A stretch of DNA of 64,000 nt from a candidate division FCPU426 bacterium. GTDB taxonomy: Bacteria; Oederibacteriota; Muellerivitia; Muellerivitales; Muellerivitaceae. This document shows positions 10,701 through 20,960 of the stretch, one piece after another. The translations under genes were made by a program, and so were the position numbers. The first letter of the stretch is position 1; every line of letters starts with the position of its first letter. The notes beneath the pieces were generated by a model. The model made no database searches, was not told the DNA's origin, and worked only from the letters and a program-made list of their open reading frames with translations. The stretch lies in contig CAWKAR010000023.1 in NCBI GenBank assembly GCA_963847625.1, forward strand, positions 1 through 64,000, read 5' to 3'.

Positions 10701-12836
10701 GACTCCGACATAAAATATCTGTTTCGAGCCGCGCTCCGTCGCCGTCATCGGCGCCTCCGCCAGCCCGGCAAGATCGGCTACAAGATCGTGCGAGAACATC
10801 GTCGCCGGCGGGTACCAGGGCAAGATTTATCCCGTCAATCCCAAGGGCGGAGAAATCCTGGGCCTGCCCATTCTCCCAAGCCTGGACGAGATCCGGCGGC
10901 GAGATGGACGTGGCCTGCCATCGCGGTGCCCGCCAAGGTCGTCTTCGACGCGGTCAGGCAATGCGCCGGCAAAAGGCGTGAAGTTCCTGCCCATCATCTC
11001 CTCCGGGTTTTCCGAGGTGGGCAACATCGACGAGGAGACAAGCATCGTCGCCTTCGCCCGCGAGCACGGCATGCGCGTCCTGGGGCCCAACATCTTCGGC
11101 ATCTATTCGGCCAATGCGCCGGCTTGAACGCCACCTTCGGGCCCAAGGACATACTGCCGCGGCAACGTGGCCATCATCACCCAAAGCGGCGCGCTGGGGA
11201 TCGCCATGATCGGCAAGACCGCCGTGGAGAACATCGGCCTTTCGGCCATGGTTTCCGTCGGCAACAAGGCCGACCATCGACGAGGCCGACCTGCTGGAAT
11301 ACCTGGTCGGCAGACGCGCGACCAGGGTGATCATGATGTACATCGAGGGCGTCACGCGACGGCGAGCGGCTCATCGAGCCGCTCAAGCACGGCTGACGAG
11401 CAAGAAGCCCGTGGTGGTGATCAAGTCCGGGCGCTCCAAGCGCGGCGCCATGGCGGCGGCCTCGCACACCGGCTCCCTGGCCGGCTCGGACGAGATCTTT
11501 GAGCGATCATGCAGGCAGTGCGGCGTGCTGCGGGCCGAGAGCCTGGAGGACGCCTTCAACTGGTGCAAGTTCCTCGCCCGCAGCGCCCGACGCCCAGGGC
11601 GAGAACACGGTGATCATCACCAACGGCGGCGGCATCGGCGTGATGGCCACGGACGCCTGCGAGAAATACGAGGTGCAACGCTCTACGACGACCTGCGAGA
11701 TCCTGAAAGCGGCGTTTTCCAAGGTGACCCCGGATTTCGGCTCCACCAAGAACCCGGTCGACCTCACCGGCCAGGCCCGTCCGAGGACTACAACGCGGCC
11801 CTGGACGCCGCGCTGAAGCAGGATAGCATCCACGCGGTGATCGCGCCTGTACTGCGAGACCGCGGTTTTCGACGCCGAAAGCCTGGCCAAGATGATCCAG
11901 AAGCAACACGGAGAGTTACCGCCAGGGCGGCAAGCCGTCGTTTTCTCCATCTTCGGCGGCGAGAAGACCGAGGAGCGCCCTGCTTTCACTCCAGCGGGCA
12001 GAACGCCCCGGTGTTCGCGGACGTCTACCAGGCGGTGTCCTGCCTGGGCGCGCTCTCCCAGTACCGCCATTCCCTTGTGCCCCCGGAGGACGTCGCTGGA
12101 TGCCCCGGTATCCGACCAGGCGAGTGGAGGCCGTCCTGAGCAGGCCCGGGGAGAAGGCCGCACCTTCCTGCTGGCCCACGAAGGCCGCAGCTGATGGAGC
12201 TGGCGGCGTGCCCGTTCCCAAAAGCGCCGTGGCCCGCAACCTGGACGAGGCCGTCAAGGCCGCGGAAGAGATCGGCTATCCCCGTGGTCATGAAGGTCGT
12301 TTCCCGGGACATCCTCCATAAGAGCGACGTGGGCGGCGTGGCGCTGGACCTGGACAACGCGAAGGAGGTGATGGACGCCTACCAGGCCATCATGCACAAC
12401 TGCCGCGAGCGCATACCCCGACGCCGTCATCGAGGGCGTGGAGGTCTCGGAGATGGTGCGTCGCGGCACGGAGACCATCGTGGGCGCCCGGCGGGACAGG
12501 TCCTTCGGGCCGATCGTCATGTGCGGCATGGGCGGGCATATACGTGGAGGTCATGAAGGACGTGGCCTTCCGGGCGCGTGCCCTGCTCCCAGACGGAGCT
12601 CACTGGAAATGATCAAGGCAACCGCTCTACCCCCTGCTGCTGGGGGTGAGGGGGGAGAAACAAGAAGGACCTCGACGGCGTGATGGACACGATCGTCAAG
12701 CTGGGGTCGTTGGTGAGAAATTGCCAGGGGATTTCCGACATTGAGGTCAATCCCCTGGTGGTGTACGATCACGGGCAGCGGCGTCAAAGCCGTGGATGTC
12801 CGGGTGATACTTTCTGAAAGGGTTGCCGCCAAATGA
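10690..12836 (+). CDS. ADP-forming acetate/acyl-CoA ligase, alpha-beta fusion (many frameshifts)
   Basis: SVAVIGAS, LGPNIFG, ITQSGALG, SVGNKAD, AASHTGSLAG, ITNGGGIGV, NPVDLTG, HKSDVGGV, FGPIVM.GMGG, IEVNPL. Confidence 0.8.
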
Positions 12837-13876
12837 AAACCATTGTCGTCGCATCGACCAGCAAGAATTCCGGGAAAACCAGCCTGATCGTGGGCCTGGC
12901 CGCCGCCCTGGGGAAAACTGCCGGCTACATGAAGCCCATCGGCGACCGGCTGATCTACCAGAAAAAGAGGCTGTGGGATTACGATTCCGCCCTGGTGACG
13001 CGCCTGTGGAAGCTCCAGGAGAGCCCCGAGGACATTTCCATCGGCTTCGAGCACGCCAAGCTCAGGTACAAGTACGACGCCGCACTGACCGCGGAAAAGC
13101 TGCGCGAGGTGGCCGCCCGCGCCGGCGCCGGCAAGGAAATCCTTTTCGTGGAGGGCGGCAAGCACCTGGGCTATGGCATCTCGGTCTTCCTGGACGCCGT
13201 TTCCGTGGCCCGCGACCTGGATGGCGAGCTGATATTCGTGGTCAGCGGCCCGGAAGGCGCCATCGCCGACGACCTGGTGTTCATCAAGAAGCACTGCGAC
13301 CTCAAGGGCGTCAAGTTCAAGGGCGTCCTGATCAACAAGGTCCACGACCCGGAGGATTTCAAGACCGCCCACCTGCCGGCGCTCAAGGCCCAGGGCCTGC
13401 CTATCCTGGGAATCCTCCCCTACCGGGCCGAGCTGACCCATGTCACCATGGGCTTTCTCACCGAGATCCTCTTCTCCAAGACCATCGCTGGCGAGGGAGG
13501 ATTGGGCAACGTGGTGGAGCACATCGTGGTGGCGGCCATGTCCGTGGGGTCGGCGCTGCGGGAGACGCCCTTCAACAAGGACAAGAAACTGGTCATCACC
13601 AGCGGCGACCGCAACGACATCATGCTGGCGGCCCTGGAGGGCGGAACTTCCGGCATACTGCTGACCAACAACATCCTGCCTTCCCCCCAGGTGCTGGCCC
13701 GTGCCACGGAGCGCAACATCCCGCTGCTGCTGGTTTCCACCGACACCTTCCATGCCGCCAAGCAGGTGGACGACATGGAGCCCCTGCTGACCCAGCATGA
13801 GCCGGAGAAAATCGCCATTTTGACCAGAATTGATCGAAGGAAAACGTGGGAATTAGTGTACGCAAATTACATTTGA
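12833..13876 (+). CDS. AAA_26/DRTGG domain protein (phosphotransacetylase N-terminal-like)
   Basis: P-loop NSGKTS, YMKPIG, VEGG, VITSGDRNDI (DRTGG). ATGA overlap with the ligase. The last residues may be frameshifted. Confidence 0.85.
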   Translation: MKTIVVASTSKNSGKTSLIVGLAAALGKTAGYMKPIGDRLIYQKKRLWDYDSALVTRLWKLQESPEDISIGFEHAKLRYKYDAALTAEKLREVAARAGAGKEILFVEGGKHLGYGISVFLDAVSVARDLDGELIFVVSGPEGAIADDLVFIKKHCDLKGVKFKGVLINKVHDPEDFKTAHLPALKAQGLPILGILPYRAELTHVTMGFLTEILFSKTIAGEGGLGNVVEHIVVAAMSVGSALRETPFNKDKKLVITSGDRNDIMLAALEGGTSGILLTNNILPSPQVLARATERNIPLLLVSTDTFHAAKQVDDMEPLLTQHEPEKIAILTRIDRRKTWELVYANYI

Positions 13877-14010
13877 ATCGCTTCAGAACCTTGAAAATCG
13901 CCTTTTTCTCCGCCGTCCTGGCGGCCCTGCGCTAGCATCATATCTTCCACCCCCGTTGAATAACACGGCCACCCCTCCCGATGGAGGGGTGTGTGCTTAA
14001 AAGAATTTTA

Positions 14011-14073
14011 CACTCACCCCTTCCCTTGGAAAGCCTGCCCCGAGCGAAGTCGAGGGGGGGACGGGGGAAGGTG
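14011..14073. repeat. REP-like palindromic element
   Basis: CACTCACCCC...GGGGAAGGTGG; related copy at 15325-15383. Confidence 0.5.
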
Positions 14074-14310
14074 GACTGCGGCTCTTCCATTTTTCCCTCC
14101 TTGCCCACGGTGGGCTTGATAAGCCCGACGAGGATTCATCCTGGATGGCTACGTCCAAGTCCCGTTAGAGGGGGGTGAGAGGAAGTGCGGTAGTTCCCTG
14201 CCCTTGGTTTAATGCTATAATGGGTTGTGCCGGGGGGAAGTCAGAGCACTTGTGCCCGGCTTTAAAATGTTGCTATTATTTTCTTGTACATGACGAAAAT
14301 GGGGGTCTCA

Positions 14311-15123
14311 ATGCACAGGGCCAAATTGTTGTTTGTAATTGCGGGACTTATCTTAGTTCCCACAATGGCAAAGGCAGGGATTGAGGCAACAAACAGCAGT
14401 GCGTTTTATATAAATGGAAGTTTTGGGAATATTTATAACACCAGTGATGACGCAAACCACTATTTTGTCTCGTCCGGTGGAAATTATCCTCAGGCATTCT
14501 GCCGAATTGCAGGATTAGGTTTGGGTTATAATTTTAATAATCATTTTGGTTTGGAAGGCGGCGTCAATGGGGGACCTGACAGGGTTTATCAGGCGGATTT
14601 TATAATGGGACCAAAAACAATCACAAATATTACGGAATGGGACGCTTCCTATATTTACTTAATGCCTACCTTGAATTTTGCCAGTTATAACAATATTTTC
14701 CCTGACGGCTTGCATTCAACCATGCACACGCTGGGGCTAAAAATTGGTTCTAGTTATATGGATGGAACTACCCAAATTTCAAATAATTATGGCGGCATTT
14801 ATGCGGGCGGTTATAAACAAGGGTCCGTTGGGAATTGCGCTGGAATCATGTATCGGTATACTGAAATGTTCGGAGACCATTTTAGTGTTTCGATCGAATG
14901 TGGATATGATTGGCTGCAATTCCATAACATTCAAAATAGCGATGGAACGGGATATTTCGAAATTCATCCCTCGACGAGTCCGGAACAAAATGCTGACGAT
15001 TCAAATCTTACGGTTGATGCTTCCGGAGTTTATTTAAAATTTGTCTTAGCGGGATGGTTTTCTTCTCCCGTGATATTAATGGGAGCCCCAAAAAAACAAG
15101 CAGACCCAATAACCGGTTACTGA
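14311..15123 (+). CDS. Secreted, probable outer-membrane beta-barrel protein (low GC)
   Basis: Signal peptide MHRAKLLF..AKA; alternating beta-strand pattern (LGLGYNFNNHFGLEGG, FSVSIECGY). Confidence 0.6.
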   Translation: MHRAKLLFVIAGLILVPTMAKAGIEATNSSAFYINGSFGNIYNTSDDANHYFVSSGGNYPQAFCRIAGLGLGYNFNNHFGLEGGVNGGPDRVYQADFIMGPKTITNITEWDASYIYLMPTLNFASYNNIFPDGLHSTMHTLGLKIGSSYMDGTTQISNNYGGIYAGGYKQGSVGNCAGIMYRYTEMFGDHFSVSIECGYDWLQFHNIQNSDGTGYFEIHPSTSPEQNADDSNLTVDASGVYLKFVLAGWFSSPVILMGAPKKQADPITGY

Positions 15124-15199
15124 TCCCTGCCTGCAACATCTTTTTCCCATCACTCAACCCTAAGCACTTCCCCTCCCCTGCCTTTCATAGCTGTGGTGG

Positions 15200-15266
15200 G
15201 TAGAGTAGGGGGCAGGCGCGGTAGTTGAGCCCCGTTTCCAGCCCACTCGTCAAACCGTACGTGAAC
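15200..15266 (-). pseudogene. Remnant of a group II intron 3' end (3' half of domain V plus domain VI)
   Basis: Minus strand TTCACGTACGGTTTGACGAGTGGGCTGGAAACGGGG..TACCGCGCCTGCCCCCTACTCTAC matches the typical DV/DVI pattern ending in AC. Confidence 0.7.
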
Positions 15267-15277
15267 TCTTCGTTTAT

Positions 15278-15315
15278 AAAAAAGGCCGGGCCCGCAAAGC
15301 GGACCCGGCCTTTTT
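15278..15315. terminator. Bidirectional intrinsic terminator
   Basis: AAAAAAGGCCGGG.CCGC AAA GCGG.CCCGGCCTTTTT. Confidence 0.8.
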
Positions 15316-15324
15316 GCATCCTTT

Positions 15325-15383
15325 CACTCACCCCTCCTGGCCACGCCTGCCAGCGTTTGGCCAGGAGAGGCCGGGGGAGGTGG
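15325..15383. repeat. REP-like palindromic element
   Basis: CACTCACCCC TCCTGGCCA..TGGCCAGGA..GGGGGAGGTGG. Confidence 0.5.
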
Positions 15384-15486
15384 ATATCCGCGGGACAGGT
15401 GTTTTCCTTATGCAAGGCAACTTTAACAACAAAATTATAATTAAAACGAACTTGAATTCGATTTAATAAGAAAGTATAGTGCTTCC

Positions 15487-16653
15487 ATGAACCCTAAAGA
15501 CTTCCAATCCTCGGATTCCGGGCGCTGTCTCAAGACACCCCAGGGATATTGGGCCTTCGTCCCGAACCCCTTGCCGCCCAAAATACAGGCGACCTGGGGG
15601 CTGACCGGCCTGTTGTCGCAAGCCGACCGGGCCTTGAGCGAACTGGCGGGCGTGGGCCAAATTCTCCCCAACCCCCATTTGCTCATCCAGCCGGCCATCC
15701 GCCGCGAGGCCGTGTTAAGTTCACGGATCGAAGGCACGCAGGCAAGCCTGAGCGACCTTTTTTATTTCGAGGCCGGCGCCCCGCCAGAAAACCGGCCCGG
15801 CGACGTGCGGGAGGTGGCGAACTATGTCCGCGCGCTTGAACACGGCCTGGCCAGCCTGAAGCGCCTGCCGTTAAGCGGACGCCTGGTGCGGGAGATCCAC
15901 GAACACCTGATGCGGGGCGTCCGGGGTGGCGCCGCCGCGCCCGGCCAATTCCGCAAAACGCAGAATTGGATCGGTCCTGCCGGATGCACCTTGAACAGCG
16001 CCGCTTTCGTGCCGCCCCCGGTGGAGCTGATGCATCAGGCCATGTCGGACCTGGAAAAATACCTGCACCGTGACGCCGGGGTGCCGCCCCTGATCCAATG
16101 CGCCCTGGTGCATTACCAATTTGAAGCCATTCACCCCTTTATTGACGGCAACGGGCGCGTCGGCCGGCTGTTGACCACCCTTTTTCTGTGCGAACGGGGT
16201 ATTTTACCCTCGCCTTTGCTCTATCTTTCCGCCTACTTTGAACGGCATCGGCAGGCCTACTACGACCGCCTTCTCGCGGTCAGCCAGAAAGGGGCCTGGC
16301 ATGCCTGGCTTGAATTCTTCCTCCGGGGCCTGGCGGAGCAGTCACGGGAAGCCCTTCTAGGAACCAAGCGCCTCCTAGCCCTTCGCGCGCGAATCCAGGA
16401 AGCCGTCCGCGGCAAGCGCATCCCCGCGGCGGCTTTGCGCCTGGCGGACCACGTGTTCGAGAACCCAGTCGTCTCAGCGGCCGCCTTGGCCAAGCGGTGG
16501 AACATGAGCTACCCTTCCGTCATGAAAGGAATCACCCACCTAGTCAAGCAAGGTTTCCTGCGCGAGTCGACCGGAAAGCAGCGGGGCCGCTTATTCGTTT
16601 GCGGGGAGGTGTTCAAGATGCTCTCTGGGATGGATTCGTTATCAAAACCATAG
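15487..16653 (+). CDS. Fic family protein with N-terminal extension and C-terminal HTH
   Basis: Canonical HPFIDGNGRVGR motif; EAVLSSRIEGT. Confidence 0.92.
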   Translation: MNPKDFQSSDSGRCLKTPQGYWAFVPNPLPPKIQATWGLTGLLSQADRALSELAGVGQILPNPHLLIQPAIRREAVLSSRIEGTQASLSDLFYFEAGAPPENRPGDVREVANYVRALEHGLASLKRLPLSGRLVREIHEHLMRGVRGGAAAPGQFRKTQNWIGPAGCTLNSAAFVPPPVELMHQAMSDLEKYLHRDAGVPPLIQCALVHYQFEAIHPFIDGNGRVGRLLTTLFLCERGILPSPLLYLSAYFERHRQAYYDRLLAVSQKGAWHAWLEFFLRGLAEQSREALLGTKRLLALRARIQEAVRGKRIPAAALRLADHVFENPVVSAAALAKRWNMSYPSVMKGITHLVKQGFLRESTGKQRGRLFVCGEVFKMLSGMDSLSKP

Positions 16654-16712
16654 AATTGCAGGCGTCAAGATGGGCTGGCCGGACGCAGACCCTCGTCTCG
16701 ATGAGGCATTGG

Positions 16713-18551
16713 ATCGGGTAGGAGGGGGAGCGTGAGCTCCCCCGTCCTCCCACACCACCGGACGTGCGGGTCCGCATCCGGCGGTTCCTTGGTTATGCCG
16801 TTAGCCTCGGTAGACCAAGGGCGTTGAAATAGGTAATTGGAACCGCGACGTTCATTCCGGCCCCGGCAGTAGTGGCCCACCTGTGGCGACGGTGATTGGC
16901 CATCGTCCTGGCGGTATCGGGAGCTAGCCCCCTCGCCACCAAGTTCTTATATACGGCCTTTCTCGTCTTCCACTGTTTCAGGATCAGTACCCGAAGTTTC
17001 CTGCGAATCCACGCATCCAGTTCACCGAAGATTTTCGGCGTTTCCGCCAGTTTGAAGTAGTTCTTCCAACCCAGCAAATACGACCGCATCCCTTCGATCA
17101 CCTGTTTCACGTTTCTTCCGCAGTTCCTCCTGGTAGCTTCCCTGATTCTGTCCTTGAACCGCTTGAGAGCTTGATCCGCCACTTTGAGTTTCACCTGGCC
17201 TTTTGCGTACCAGAATTGAAAGCCCAGGAACTTCCTTTGGGAAGCCCTGGCGACCGCGCTCTTTTGCTCGTTGATCCTGAGCTTCAGCTTTCCCATGAGC
17301 TTCTGCATAGTCTGCATGGCCTTTTCAGCCGCCGCCTTTGACCGCACGTACACGTTGCAGTCGTCGGCGTAGCGGCAGAAGGCCAGCCCACGTTTGGCTA
17401 ACGCCCAGTCCACTTCGTTCAAGAGCAGATTGGCCAACAACGGGGAAAGCGGCCCGCCTTGCGGCGTGCCTTCTTCCCGTTCCTGCCGGATTCCCTCCTT
17501 CATGATTCCGGCGTTCAAGTACCGCCGAATCAGCCTCCGCACCCGGTTGTCTTCGATTCGTTTCGCCACTCTATCCATGAGGATGTCGTGGTTCACTCTG
17601 TCGAAAAACTTCTCGAGGTCGACATCCACCACCCACCTGCGGCCTTCCTGGACAAAGCTCCTGGCCTGTTTGACGGCCTGATGGGCGCTTTTCCCAGGGC
17701 GGAAGCCGTAGCTGTTCGGATGGAACGTCGGGTCGAGAATGGGTTGCAGAACTTGAAGCAGGGCTTGCTGGATCAACCGGTCGACAACCGTTGGGATGCC
17801 CAATTGTCGCACCCCACCGCTCGCCTTTGGAATTTCCACGCCTCGCACCGCTTGCGGCATATAGCGGCCCTCTAGAAGAGCCGCCTTAATAGCCACCCAG
17901 TGTTGGCGCAAATGTTCCTTGGTTTTCTCGATAGTCAATCCATCAACGCCTGGTGCGCCGTCGTTCTCTTTCACCCGTTTCCACGCGTCTTGCATGTTCC
18001 GGGTTGCGACACAAGCCTCCATGAGGTTGTGCCGCCAGGCCGGGTCAGTTGGTTCCACCACCGCCTTTCGCGCTTCGACACGCAGGGCTCCTTTCGGGCT
18101 TCCAGCCCTATCCGTTCCCTCGCGCTTCGGATTTTCTCCAAACTTGTGTCGCTTGGCGCTCATGAGGTTGGTGGCTCCTTCCCTTCCTTGGTTCAGCCCT
18201 TCCCCCCGTCATGGCGGGTACTATGGCTTCTGCTGACTCCTCGCTTCGGTCGGTTAACCTTGCCCTTTCGGGCTTTAGGCGAGGTCTCCCCGGATAAGAA
18301 CGAAGACTTTCATTCCGCAACCGCCGGATCTACGTCGCACTCCTTTGGGTTTAGCTGGGCTTTGTGGATACATGGCCACTCGCCCGGATCGCGCCGCCTT
18401 ATATCCGGTTTCTGTTCGTCGGCTCGGAATTTTGCTTCCCCCTTCCTTCGGATTCCAGGTCGCCCTGGACACCCTTGGGTTCTGCTAGCGGTTCCTCGAC
18501 CAGGTCCGCGGGGGACTTTCACCCCTTAGTCTTCGCCCATGCCGGGCGTAC
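16713..18551 (-). mobile_element. Full-length class C group II intron
   Basis: 5' end GTACGCCCGGCATGGG lies immediately after a terminator hairpin. Domain V GAACCGCCGGATGCGGACCCGCACGTCCGGTGGTGTG has the CGC triad. Domain VI ends CCTACCCGAT. Confidence 0.9.
16793..18163 (-). CDS. ltrA: Group II intron reverse transcriptase/maturase (no endonuclease domain)
   Basis: GAPGVDG, RQLGIPTVVDR, SYGFRPG, DLEKFFD, GTPQGGPLSP, RYADD, FLGF, GWKNYF. Confidence 0.95.
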   Translation of the reverse strand: MSAKRHKFGENPKREGTDRAGSPKGALRVEARKAVVEPTDPAWRHNLMEACVATRNMQDAWKRVKENDGAPGVDGLTIEKTKEHLRQHWVAIKAALLEGRYMPQAVRGVEIPKASGGVRQLGIPTVVDRLIQQALLQVLQPILDPTFHPNSYGFRPGKSAHQAVKQARSFVQEGRRWVVDVDLEKFFDRVNHDILMDRVAKRIEDNRVRRLIRRYLNAGIMKEGIRQEREEGTPQGGPLSPLLANLLLNEVDWALAKRGLAFCRYADDCNVYVRSKAAAEKAMQTMQKLMGKLKLRINEQKSAVARASQRKFLGFQFWYAKGQVKLKVADQALKRFKDRIREATRRNCGRNVKQVIEGMRSYLLGWKNYFKLAETPKIFGELDAWIRRKLRVLILKQWKTRKAVYKNLVARGLAPDTARTMANHRRHRWATTAGAGMNVAVPITYFNALGLPRLTA

Positions 18552-18582
18552 AAATAAAAGGCGCCCTTGTTCAGGGCGCCTT
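18552..18582 (-). terminator. Intrinsic terminator of the AsmA gene; intron target hairpin
   Basis: AAGGCGCCCT GAACA AGGGCGCCTT TTATTT directly before the intron start. Confidence 0.8.
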
Positions 18583-18601
18583 ATCGCGATACCGGGCTCT
18601 T

Positions 18602-20848
18602 TCACTTCCCGAACAGGCCCTTGAGCATGTCCCCTCCCTTGTCCTTGAGGAGATCCTGGGCCTTTTTCGTTCCCTCTTCCACGGCCTTCTGCTTGGCCTC
18701 GTCAATCTTCTTGTTGATGACCTTGGTGGCGGCCTTCTTGGCCCCCTGGAGGAAATCGGGCCTGGCCTTGGCCATGGTGGGGCCGCTCATCTCGACGTCA
18801 TAGGTAGCCCAGCCCTTGTCGTCGCCGAAGGCGTCCTGGAGCGCGCCCAGGTTCACCATAGCGGGGTTGAAGTGCGGGATGACGTGGAAATCCACGTCCG
18901 CCCCCGGCTTCATCCATCCGTTGGACTGGATCATCAGGTTGCCTCCCCGGCCGTCGGCCCCGGTGTCCGTGATGAAGTCGCTCCAGCTGGCCTTGCCGCC
19001 GGACATGGCGAAATCCGACTCGGTGCGGTCGAAGGTGATGTCCATGGTGATGGCCTTCTTGGTGGGCTCGTGGGGGATGACGCTGGCCAGCTTCTCCTGC
19101 ATGTCCAGGTGGGCGAACTTGCCCTGCGCCAGCTTGAAATGCCCCTTCATATCAAGGTTGCGCTTGATGGCCTTGCCGTTGAGGCCCTTGCCCGTGCCCT
19201 TGGCCTCGAAGGAAAGCGTGCCGAAGACCTTGTTGCGCAGGGCCTGCAGCGAGGCCTTCTTGGGGTAGGAATCCGCGTAGCCGTTGACCGCGTCCTCGGC
19301 CTTCAGGCCTTTCAGCGCGGCGTTGAAGGCGTAGGATGCTCCCGGCGGAACCAGGTTGGCCTCCACGTGGGCCGCCAGGGAGCCGCGGAAAACGTCCAGG
19401 TTGAGATCAACCACGGCCTTCTGATTGGCCAGCTTGAGGGTCTGGACCAGCTTGCCCGTGGCCAGCTTATACATCTGGATGGAATCCACCCCGATCGCCC
19501 CGTCCACGCTCACCCCCGCCGGGATCGACTTGGCCAGGTTCAGGGGCGGCGGCTCGGGGGCCGCGGCCGCCTTGGCCAGCTCGGCCTCGGTCGGATCCGG
19601 GGTCTCCTCGTCCAACCCCGCCAGGGCCGCGACGGGATCCAGCACCAGCTTGGGCGAGGTGATCTTGTAGAGGACCTTGGCCTTTATGCCCGCCAGGGGT
19701 CCCCTCAGGTTGGCCAGGGTGTAATCGGAAACTTTCAGCTCGATGTTGACCGGCGAGCCGCCCATGCTGAACTTAAGGTCCTTGGCCTGGACCAGGGTGG
19801 GGCCGGCTTCAATGGAGCCGTTCAATCCTTCCAGGGCCGGATAGGTTCCGTAGGTCACGCCCACGGAACTGAAGGCCAGCTTCACCAGGGCCTTGAGATT
19901 CACCGGATCGGCCACGGCCCCCTGGGCCTGGGCGTTAAGCTTCACCTCTCCCTTGGCCTTGATGCCCTTGGGCAAGGTCTTGAGCATCGAAGGCGGCACC
20001 AGGTCGTCGAGGATGGACGCCAGTTTCACGTCCACTTCGGCGTTTACGTCCACCTTGGGGGAGCCCATGAGCGACTCCACCTGCCCCTGGCAGGAGACCT
20101 GGACGCTGGGAAGCTTCAGCAGCATGTCTTTCAGGTAAAGGATGTCCTTGCCCAGGTCCAGCTTGAAGCGCATGGACAGATCCACCGGGATCTTCTTGCC
20201 TTCGGTCTGGGCCACCAAGTCCAGTTTAAGGCGCGAATCGCCGCCGCCGGAAAGGGAAAAACCGGTCAGCTCGAAGTTGAGGTCCTTGACGGCGTTGGTG
20301 GTTCCCTTCTTGTAGTCCTTGTAGACGAAATTAGCCTTGGAAATGACCAGGGAGTTGATGGCCACCGGCAGTTCCCCCACCGGGCCGGTCTTTGCGGCCG
20401 GGGCGGCCGGGGCCGCGGGAGTGGCGGCCTTGGGCGCGCCGGTCATGTCGCTGAAGTTGTAGACCCCTTGGGCGTTCTTCTCGATGAGAATATTGGGGGC
20501 GATGAACTTGATGGTGATGACGGCCTTGCGCGCCAGCAGGGATCCCAGAAGGCTGTACTTCACCTGGGCGTCCTGGTTGGAAAACAGGGGGTCAGCGGAA
20601 AACCCGGCCGCGTTGCCGACGCGGACGTTCTTCAGCCGCACGCCGGAGAAAATGCTGAAGGAGACCGAATCCACCTTGACTTCATGCTTCAGCTGGGTGG
20701 AAAGGGTCTTGCAGGCCTCCACCCGGACCTTTTCCCAGGGGATGAACATGGGCGCGATCAGGGCGGCCAGGAAAAAGAGAACCACCAGGCCGGCCGCCAC
20801 CAGAACCAGTTTCTTCCAAAGTGCCGTCTTACCTTCTTTCGCCGCCAT
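18602..20848 (-). CDS. AsmA family (bridge-like lipid transport) protein
   Basis: N-terminal TM anchor, AsmA-like N-terminus (NAAGFSADPL, IEKNAQGVYNFSD), long beta-rich body. Confidence 0.75.
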   Translation of the reverse strand: MAAKEGKTALWKKLVLVAAGLVVLFFLAALIAPMFIPWEKVRVEACKTLSTQLKHEVKVDSVSFSIFSGVRLKNVRVGNAAGFSADPLFSNQDAQVKYSLLGSLLARKAVITIKFIAPNILIEKNAQGVYNFSDMTGAPKAATPAAPAAPAAKTGPVGELPVAINSLVISKANFVYKDYKKGTTNAVKDLNFELTGFSLSGGGDSRLKLDLVAQTEGKKIPVDLSMRFKLDLGKDILYLKDMLLKLPSVQVSCQGQVESLMGSPKVDVNAEVDVKLASILDDLVPPSMLKTLPKGIKAKGEVKLNAQAQGAVADPVNLKALVKLAFSSVGVTYGTYPALEGLNGSIEAGPTLVQAKDLKFSMGGSPVNIELKVSDYTLANLRGPLAGIKAKVLYKITSPKLVLDPVAALAGLDEETPDPTEAELAKAAAAPEPPPLNLAKSIPAGVSVDGAIGVDSIQMYKLATGKLVQTLKLANQKAVVDLNLDVFRGSLAAHVEANLVPPGASYAFNAALKGLKAEDAVNGYADSYPKKASLQALRNKVFGTLSFEAKGTGKGLNGKAIKRNLDMKGHFKLAQGKFAHLDMQEKLASVIPHEPTKKAITMDITFDRTESDFAMSGGKASWSDFITDTGADGRGGNLMIQSNGWMKPGADVDFHVIPHFNPAMVNLGALQDAFGDDKGWATYDVEMSGPTMAKARPDFLQGAKKAATKVINKKIDEAKQKAVEEGTKKAQDLLKDKGGDMLKGLFGK

Positions 20849-20960
20849 ATTTCCCCCTAAAAAGCAAAAAGCCGAAAACCACCATCGGCTCATTTATTCC
20901 ACCCGCTTCCCCCCAGCGCCCCAAAAAAGGGGCGCTGGTCTGGGTGGCCAAGCTCTTTTT

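Noticed and set aside
8790..12836. Programmed frameshifting or true pseudogenes in the acyl-CoA operon
   Set aside because: Indels are dense, lack slippery-site patterns and come without nonsense codons; consensus error is more likely
13960..16700. Integron cassette array
   Set aside because: No integrase and no convincing RYYYAAC...GTTRRRY attC sites
18539..20860. 773-aa plus-strand ORF (and similar long antisense ORFs, e.g. 12551-13798, 21426-22193)
   Set aside because: Shadow frames of GC-rich genes on the opposite strand with no recognisable motifs
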